A stretch of 64,000 nt of DNA, taken from contig OZ246395.1 in NCBI GenBank assembly GCA_965230915.1, positions 140,019 to 204,018 on the forward strand. Reading direction: 5' to 3'. Positions 54,201-63,200 of this stretch are shown here, piece by piece (positions within the stretch are counted from its first letter, which is position 1; every line of letters starts with the position of its first letter). A model generated the notes under the pieces. The model had not been told where the DNA came from. It worked only from the letters and a program-made list of their open reading frames with translations, and did no database searches. The translations under genes were made by a program, and so were the position numbers. This DNA comes from an uncultured Candidatus Saccharibacteria bacterium. Its GTDB lineage: Bacteria > Patescibacteriota > WWE3 > 2-01-FULL-39-13.

Positions 54201-57200
54201 ATTGGTTCTGGTTATGCAGGTGGTGGAGTTTCTGCTCCAACAAATGGCTTATTGGTACAGGGTAGAGTTGGAATTGGAACAACCAATCCATCCTCAACAT
54301 ATGCTTTAGATGTAAATGGATCAATAAGAGCAACTTCATTAAATACAGCAAGCTCAACATATCAAAATGCTTTAATTTCAAATTCAGGTGCGTTCAACGT
54401 TAGTGTAGGAGGCGGAAGCAACTTATACATGACACTAAATGGAACTTCAGCTTCAGATAACTATATCGTTAGAACTGGTACAACAGATTTATTTAGAGTA
54501 GGTGGAAATGGCAAAGTCGGAATCGGAACAACAGCTCCAGAATCATTATTATCAGTAAAAGGTAATCAAACAATTGGCGCCGGTTACACAGGAATCGGAA
54601 TCTCAGCCCCAGTAAATGGTCTATTAGTCCAAGGTGTAGTCGGAATCGGCATGACCAACCCAGGTGCATTCGGATTAAACGTTGGAACAGGAATCAATAC
54701 ATTAGACGATCTATACGTAAATTCAGTCGGCCTAAATGATAACGCTTCAACAACCTCTGGAGCTTCATTAATCGGATTAAATGACGATTCAATGACATAC
54801 ATTTCCGGAAACACAACAGTACAAAGCGCAATCAAACAATTAGATACAGCAATTTCTTCAGGTCTAGGCGGAACAATAACAGCAATCGGAGATGTAACAT
54901 CTGGTGATGCATTTACATCAGCTGGAACACAAGGAACATCACTTTTCTTCTACGATCCACAAGGTCATGGCCAATTAACAATTGCAAACTTAACAGGTGA
55001 TCAAACTTATACACTTCCAGATGCAAGTGGAGAAATTTCTCTTCTTGGCCAAACAATCAGCAATTCAGAGTTAGTAAATTCAGATATCACATTCAATGGT
55101 GATTCGGGTTCCGCCGCTATTTCCCTGGGCGGGGATATTGACGTGATCGGCGGACCCGGAATCAGCACTTCAATATCAGGTACAACACTAACAATTACTA
55201 ATACCGATTTAGGCTCTACACAAAACATCTTCAAGAATATAGCTGTATCTGGCCAAAATACAGTTGTTGCAGATGCTAACAACGACACAATGACCCTAGT
55301 TGCAGGTACAAACGTAACTATTACAACAGACGATACAACTGATTCCATAACAATCGCAGCTACCGACACAAACACAACATACACAGCAGGAAACGGTTTA
55401 ACTCTTGCATCTACAACATTTAAACTTGGTGGAACAATCAGCGAAGATACTAGACTCGCAAATGGTTCTTTTGAATACTTATTCTTGAACAATGCAAACG
55501 GAAGAGTCGGAGTTGGAACAACAAATTCAGGATCAAAATTATCTGTAAATGGTAATCAAGCAATCGGAGCAACTTATGCTTCTTATGCAGCTCCAGCAAA
55601 TGGATTAATCGTAGAAGGAAACACTGGTCTTGGTGTAACTGCAACAATCTATAAACTCGAAGTTGGCGGAACAGCAGCTGTTAAGAATTTGGTATTAAAT
55701 GGAACACAAATAACAGCAACCGGAACCGAAATCAACAAATTATCTGGCTTAACATCTTCAACAGCAGAACTAAATATTTTAACCGGAGTAACAACCAATG
55801 GTACTGAGCTCAATTATTTAGATAATTCAACAGTATTAGCAGGTGGATTAGTATTTGGAAACGGTTCTAATTTCACTCAAGATATTTCAAACATCTTCTT
55901 TAATAGCACTTCAAAGAATCTTGGTATCGGAACATCAGCTCCAGGAAGCAGATTGTCAGTAGCAGGTGGAGCAGCAATCGGATCAGGATATGTAGGGTCA
56001 GGCTTATCAGCTCCAACAAACGGACTTCTTGTTCAAGGAAATGTCGGAATTGGAACAACAAACCCAGGAACATATGCGCTAAATGTTGCAGGCGGAGTAA
56101 ATGTTTCAACCTTATCGATTGGCAACTTACTATTATCAGCAAATTCAACCGCAACATCAGGAGCAACATTAGTTGGATTAAATGACGATTCACTAACTTA
56201 TGTAAGTGGAAACACAAGTGTTCAAGATGCTATTAAACAACTTGACACGGCAATTGCAACAGCAGCAACAGGTGATATTTCAGCAATCGGTGACGTAGCA
56301 AGTGGCGCAGCATTTACATCAGGTGGGACACAAGGTACAAGTTTATGGTTCTATGACCCACAAGGTCGTGGTCAATTAACGATCGCAAACTTAACAGGTG
56401 ACCAGACATACACATTACCAGATGCATCAGGAGAAATTTCATTACTAGGACAAACAATTTCTAATGCTGAGCTAGATAATTCAACAATCACATTCGCAGG
56501 TGATACAGGGTCAAATGCTTCAGCATTAGGAACAACATTCAACATCGTAGGTGGAACCGGAATCGGAACATCAGTAGGTGGAAACATCGTGTCGATCATA
56601 AACACCGATCGTGGTTCATCACAGAGTATATTTAAGAATATTGCCGTAAGCGGTCAGAATACCGTAGTTTCAGATGCAAACAACGATACATTAACACTTG
56701 CAGCAGGTTCTAACGTAACAATCACAACAAACGACACTACAGACACAATTACAATTGCTGCAACCGATACAAACACAACATATACAGCAGGCAACGGTTT
56801 AACTCTCGCTTCAACAACATTCAAACTCGGCGGATCTATTACAGAACCAACAAGATTATCAGACGGATCATTCGAATACTTGTTCTTAAATAATGGAAAC
56901 GGAAGAGTAGGTATAGGAACAACAAACTCAGGTTCTAAACTCGGCATAGCTGGAAACGTAGGTATCGGAAACTCATATGCAACATATGCAGCTCCATCTA
57001 ACGGTTTGATAGTTGAAGGGAATGTAGGCTTAGGTGTAACGGCAACAAACTTCAGATTAAGCGTAAATGGAACAGCTGCGGTTACAAACTTAGTACTAGG
57101 TGGAACTCAAATTACAGCAACTGGCACTGAAATCAATTTATTGTCAGGTTTAACATCAACTTCAACCGAGCTTAACTACTTAGATGGTACAACAATAACT

Positions 57201-60200
57201 TCAGGCGGAGTTTTATTTGGCGATGGAAGCAAGATCACAAATGATGTTTCAAACTTCTTCTTTAACTCAACAACAAAGAGATTAGCAATTGGAACATCAG
57301 CAGCAAATAGCGGTTTAACAGTAAATGGTAGCGGATCATTCGGCGCTGGTTATTCAAATATCGGAATTTCAGCTCCACTAAATGGATTATTAGTACAAGG
57401 CAATGTCGGAATTGGAACAACAAACCCAGGAACATATGCATTAAATGTTGCCGGTACAGCAAATGTAAACGCTTTATCTATCGGAAACTTATTACTAAGC
57501 GCAAATTCATCCGCTACATCGGGTGCAACTTTAGTCGGACTAAATGACAACTCATTAACATACGTATCTGGAAATACAAACGTTCAATCGGCTATCGAAC
57601 AACTTGATGCAGCAATCGCAACAGCAGCAACTGGCGACATTTCAGCAATTGGCGACGTAACAAGCGGCGCAGCATTTACATCGGGCGGAACACAGGGAAC
57701 AAGTTTATGGTTCTATGATGCAGATGGAAGAGGTCAATTAACAATCGATAACTTATCAGCTGCAAGAACCTACACATTACCAAATGCATCAGGTGAAATT
57801 TCATTACTGGGCCAAACAATCAGTAACGCAGAGTTAGTTAATTCAGATATTACATTCAATGGTGATTCGGGTTCCGCCGCTATTTCCCTGGGCGGGGATT
57901 TTGACGTGATCGGCGGACCCGGAATCAGCACTTCAATATCAGGTACAACACTAACAATTACTAATACCGATTTAGGCTCTACACAAAACATCTTCAAGAA
58001 TATAGCTGTATCTGGTCAAAATACAGTTGTTGCAGATGCTAACAACGATACAATAACCCTAGTTGCAGGATCAAATGTAACAATCACAACAAATGACACC
58101 ACAGACACAATTACAATTGCTGCTACAGATACAAATACAACTTACACAGCAGGCAACGGTTTAACATTGGCGACAACTCAATTCAAGTTAGGCGGTCAAA
58201 TAACAGAGCCAACAAGATTATTCGATGGATCTAATGAGTATTTATATATAAATCCAAACACAGGTAATTTAGGTATTGGAACAACAAATTCAGCATACAA
58301 ACTAGAAGTAAATGGAAGCTTCAACGCAGCTGGTAATTTCTATTTAGCAGGTTCTCAGGTAACTTCATCAGCTGCTGAATTAAATATCTTAGATGGTGTA
58401 ACATCAAATGCTACAGAACTTAACTACCTGGATAACTCAACAGTTGTGTCAGGCGGAATGGTATTTGGTAATGGAAGCAACTTCACACAAGATGCAGCAA
58501 ATATTTTCTACAACTCAACAACAAAGAGACTTGCAATCGGAACATCGGCAGCAAATAGTGGCTTAACCGTAAATGGTAGTGGTTCATTTGGAGCAGGTTA
58601 CTCAAATATCGGAATTTCAGCACCATTAAATGGATTACTGGTGCAAGGAAACGTCGGTATTGGAACAACCAACCCTTCGGCGACATTAGATGTAGCAGGT
58701 AATATCAAACTTGGAACAGCTGGTAATAGCGCCACAATCACTTTCCCAGTAACGACTTCTGGTTCAAGCTTCGTACCTTTGATTCAGAGTATCTACGGAT
58801 CTAACGCGCTTCGTATGAGCATGGATAGCAGTAACTATATTCAAATCCTTGGTAGTGGTGGTGGTGCAAATATTCAGAGTGGTGGAAGTAATTTTACACT
58901 TAATGGTACTGCAGCAACATTCAGCTTAAACGGTTTTGGGGAAGTCTTTAGAGCCACCAGTTCAGGAACTGTTGGTATTGGAACATCAGTACCTGGAAGT
59001 AAATTATCAGTTAGTGGCAATCAAGCAATCGGAGCTTTGTATTCAAGATATGCAGCTCCAACCGATGGATTAATCGTTCAAGGAAATGTCGGAATTGGTT
59101 ACACCGCAACAAACTATGCGTTAGGCGTAAATGGAACCGGTAACTTCTCAGATTTAGCAATTGGAGGAACATTATTCTCGGCAAATTCATCGGCAACATC
59201 TGGAGCTTCATTGGTCGGATTAAATGACGACGCAATGACATACATAAGTTCTAATACAAACGTTCAAAGCGCAATCAAACAATTAGATACAGCAATTGCA
59301 TCGGTTTCAGGTTCAGCAATAACAATCTCAGGAACCGACAACAGATTAGCAAGATTTAATGCAGCCGGTAATAACGTCGAAGATTCATCACTCAATGATT
59401 TATATACAGGCGGAGTTGCATTAACAATTGGAGCAAATGGAAATGTTGGAATCGGTTACACAGCAACCAACTATAGATTGGCAGTAGCTGGAACAGCAGC
59501 GTTACAAAACTTAGTACTTGGAGGAACACAAATCACTGCTACTGGAACAGAAATAAACAAACTATCTGGATTAACCTCATCAACAGCTGAATTAAATATT
59601 TTAACTGGTGTAACAACAAATGCTACAGAACTAAACTATCTAGACAATTCAACAGTCGTATCCGGCGGATTAGTCTTCGGAAACGGATCAAACTTTACAC
59701 AAGATACATCAGACTTATTCTGGAACAGCTCTCTAAACAGATTAGGAGTTGGAACATCAGGCCCAGAAAGCACATTAACCGTAAAAGGTGGGGCAACAAT
59801 AGGCGCAGGTTATACAGGAATTGGAATTTCGGCTCCAACAAATGGATTATTAGTACAAGGAAACGTTGGAATCGGAACAACCGCTCCAATTCAAGCTTTG
59901 GACGTGTCAGGAAGTATCAGGGCTACTGGTTCGGGTAACTTTTCTGGAACTGTAATTGCTAAAGCAGGGAGTGCATCAGATCCTGCATATCAATTCCAAG
60001 GCTTAGGTAATGTAGGCATGTATATGGTTGCCACTGGATTAGGGTTCTCATCTGCTGGTCTGGAAAGAATGCGTATAGACGTAAATGGCAACGTTGGAAT
60101 CGGAACAACTGCTCCTTCATACAAACTCGACGTAAACGGTGATGCAAGAGTAGCTTCAGGATCAGACTTCTATGTCGGTTCAATCGGCCTAAACGACACA

Positions 60201-63200
60201 GCAGGAACATCAACATCAGGTGCATCACTAGTCGGTGCATTCGACGAATTCGCATACTCATCATCAAGCAATGTTCAAGACGTGTTAGACGATTTGGATG
60301 CAGCAATCGCAACAGTATCAGGCTCAGCTTTAACAATCTCCGGAACCGACAATAGAATCGCTAGATTCAATGCTGCAGGCAACAATGTTGAAGATTCATC
60401 TCTAAACGATAACTACACAGGTGGAGTTGCATTAACAATCGACACAGAAGGCGACATCGGAATCGGAGTAACAGCTTCAATCTACAAATTAAATGTAAAC
60501 GGAAGTTTGAACACAACAGCTTTATCCCTAGGCGGGTCACAGGTAAACTCATCAGCCGCAGAAATAAATGTATTACAAGGTGTTAACACGGGAACACTAA
60601 CAGGTTCAGAACTTAACTTGGTAGATGGAGCAACCGCTACAAATGGCGGACTAGTCTTCGGAAATGGAACAAGATTTGCACAGGATGCTGCAAGTTTATT
60701 CTGGGATGATTCGAATAATAGATTAGGTATTGGGATAACCGCACCTGCTCAGGCTCTAGATGTAATGGGTTCGATCAGATCAAACGGAAGCTATTTAATC
60801 AATGGAAACTCTAATTTCATACTAAATGGAACTACTTTGAATTTGGGATCTAATGACGCTGTTATACAAGCAAAATGGGGTAGCGCAAACTTAAATATTA
60901 GGTCTGGCGATATTGGTGGATACGGAACGATCTCATTCCAGAGAACAAATGGCACTCCTATTACAACAATGTTTATAGATGCTTTAGGCAACATCGGAGT
61001 TGGTACCACAGCTCCAGAAAGCAGATTCACACTAGCAGGCAACGCATCAATCGGCTCTGGTTACACAGCAATCGGAATCTCAGCTCCAACAAATGGACTT
61101 CTAGTTCAAGGTAACGTAGGGCTAGGCTTAACAAACCCAGGCTCATTCAACTTAAACGTAAACGGAACAACAAGACTTGGTGGAGCATTAACTTTAGGAA
61201 CAGTTAACTCAACAGCAAACAATAACCAGGTATTAACAGTAAATTCTGGAGTAGTAAGTTACATCGACACAAGCACATGGGATACCGATTCATCAAACGA
61301 TTTAACAATCTCAGGTACTGATAACAGAATCGCAAGATTTAATGCAGCAGGAACAAACGTCGAAAACTCTTCAATAAATGATAACTATACTGGTGGAGTC
61401 GCATTAACAATCGATGCAGAAGGCGATGTCGGAATCGGCGTAACAGCTTCAATCTATAAATTAGCAGTCGGTGGAACCGCATCTGTATCTAGCTTGGTAC
61501 TAGGTGGAACTCAAATAACTGCAACCGGAACCGAAATTAACAAATTAAGCGGATTAACTTCATCAACATCAGAACTCAACTTACTAACAGGCGTCAACTT
61601 AACATTATCTGCTTCAGAAATAAATACATTAGACGGAATAACATCATCAACAGCTGAACTAAATTATGTAGACAACGCAACTGTAACTTCTGGTGGAATG
61701 GTATTTGGAAACGGTTCCAACTTCACTCAGGATGCTGCAAATATTTTCTATAACAGCACAACAAAGAGACTTTCAATCGGAACATCAGCAGCAAATAGCG
61801 GTTTAACAGTAAACGGATCAGGATCATTCGGCGCTGGTTATTCAAATATCGGAATTTCAGCTCCATTAAATGGCTTACTAGTGCAAGGAAACGTTGGAAT
61901 CGGAAACACAAACCCAGGCGGTTATGCACTGGCAGTCGGCGGAACAGCAAATGTTTCTAACTTATCTATCGGCGGATTATTATTAAATACAAATTCATCT
62001 GCCACATCTGGCGGAACATTAGTCGGAATCAACGATAATAGCTTGACCTATATCTCAGGTAACACTAATGCTCAGTCAGCAATCGAACAATTAGATGCAG
62101 CAATAGTAAGCGTTGCAAGCGGAGCATCAGGACTTTGGACCGATGCTGGTACAACAACTTACTTAACAACATTAACCGACAACGTCGGAATTGGAGTAAC
62201 AGCTACAAACTACAAGTTAGCAGTAAGTGGAACAGCAGCTGTAAGCAACCTGGTACTTGGTGGAACTCAAATCACTGCAACTGGAACTGAAATCAATTTA
62301 TTAAGCGGATTAACAGCTACATCGTCAGAATTAAATATCTTAGATGGTGCAACACTAAATACAACCGAGCTTAACTACCTAGATAACTCAACAGTAGTAT
62401 CAGGCGGAATGGTGTTCGGAAACGGTACAAACTTTACACAAGACACTGCAAATATCTTCTGGAATTCAACAACAAAGAGATTCGGTATCGGGACAAGTGC
62501 TCCAAGAAGCGCATTAACAGTATCGGGTAATGGTTCGTTCGGAGCAGGTTACGCAGCAATTGGAATCTCAGCTCCACTAAATGGCTTACTAGTCGAAGGC
62601 AATACTGGCATCGGAGTAACGGCAACTATCTATAAATTAGAAGTGGGTGGAACAGCCGCTGTTAAGAACTTAGTACTTGGTGGAACTCAAATCACATCAA
62701 GCGCTACAGAATTAAACAAACTAACAGGTGCAACATTATCTACAGCCGAACTTAACTACTTAACCGGAACAACAGTTACAAATGGTGGAGTTCTTTATGG
62801 CGACGGATCAAAGATCACAAACGATGTTTCTAACTTCTTCTTTAACAGCACATCAAAGAGATTGTCTATTGGTACTTCCGCAGCTAATAGCGGCTTAACA
62901 GTAAATGGTTCGGGATCATTTGGTGCAGGTTATTCAAATGCTGGAATTTCAGCTCCATTAAATGGATTAATCGTACAGGGTAATACAGGTATCGGATCAT
63001 CTGCTCCATCAGCATTATTATCGGTAGGCGCTTCAAATCAATTCTTGGTTAACTCATCAGGAAACATTGATAGAATCGGCGGAGTTAATCATACAATCAG
63101 CAACAATGGTGGAAACTTATTATTAACCGGAAATGGTGAACTTCAATTTGACGATTCGACATTGGCATCAGCAGTTCAATTAACTGATTTAGATAACTCA

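Noticed and set aside
42820-58220. CRISPR array or diversity-generating retroelement
   Set aside because: The repeats are long in-frame coding modules without spacers. No reverse transcriptase or cas gene is in the window, and the differences I compared include C/T synonymous changes rather than adenine-only changes.
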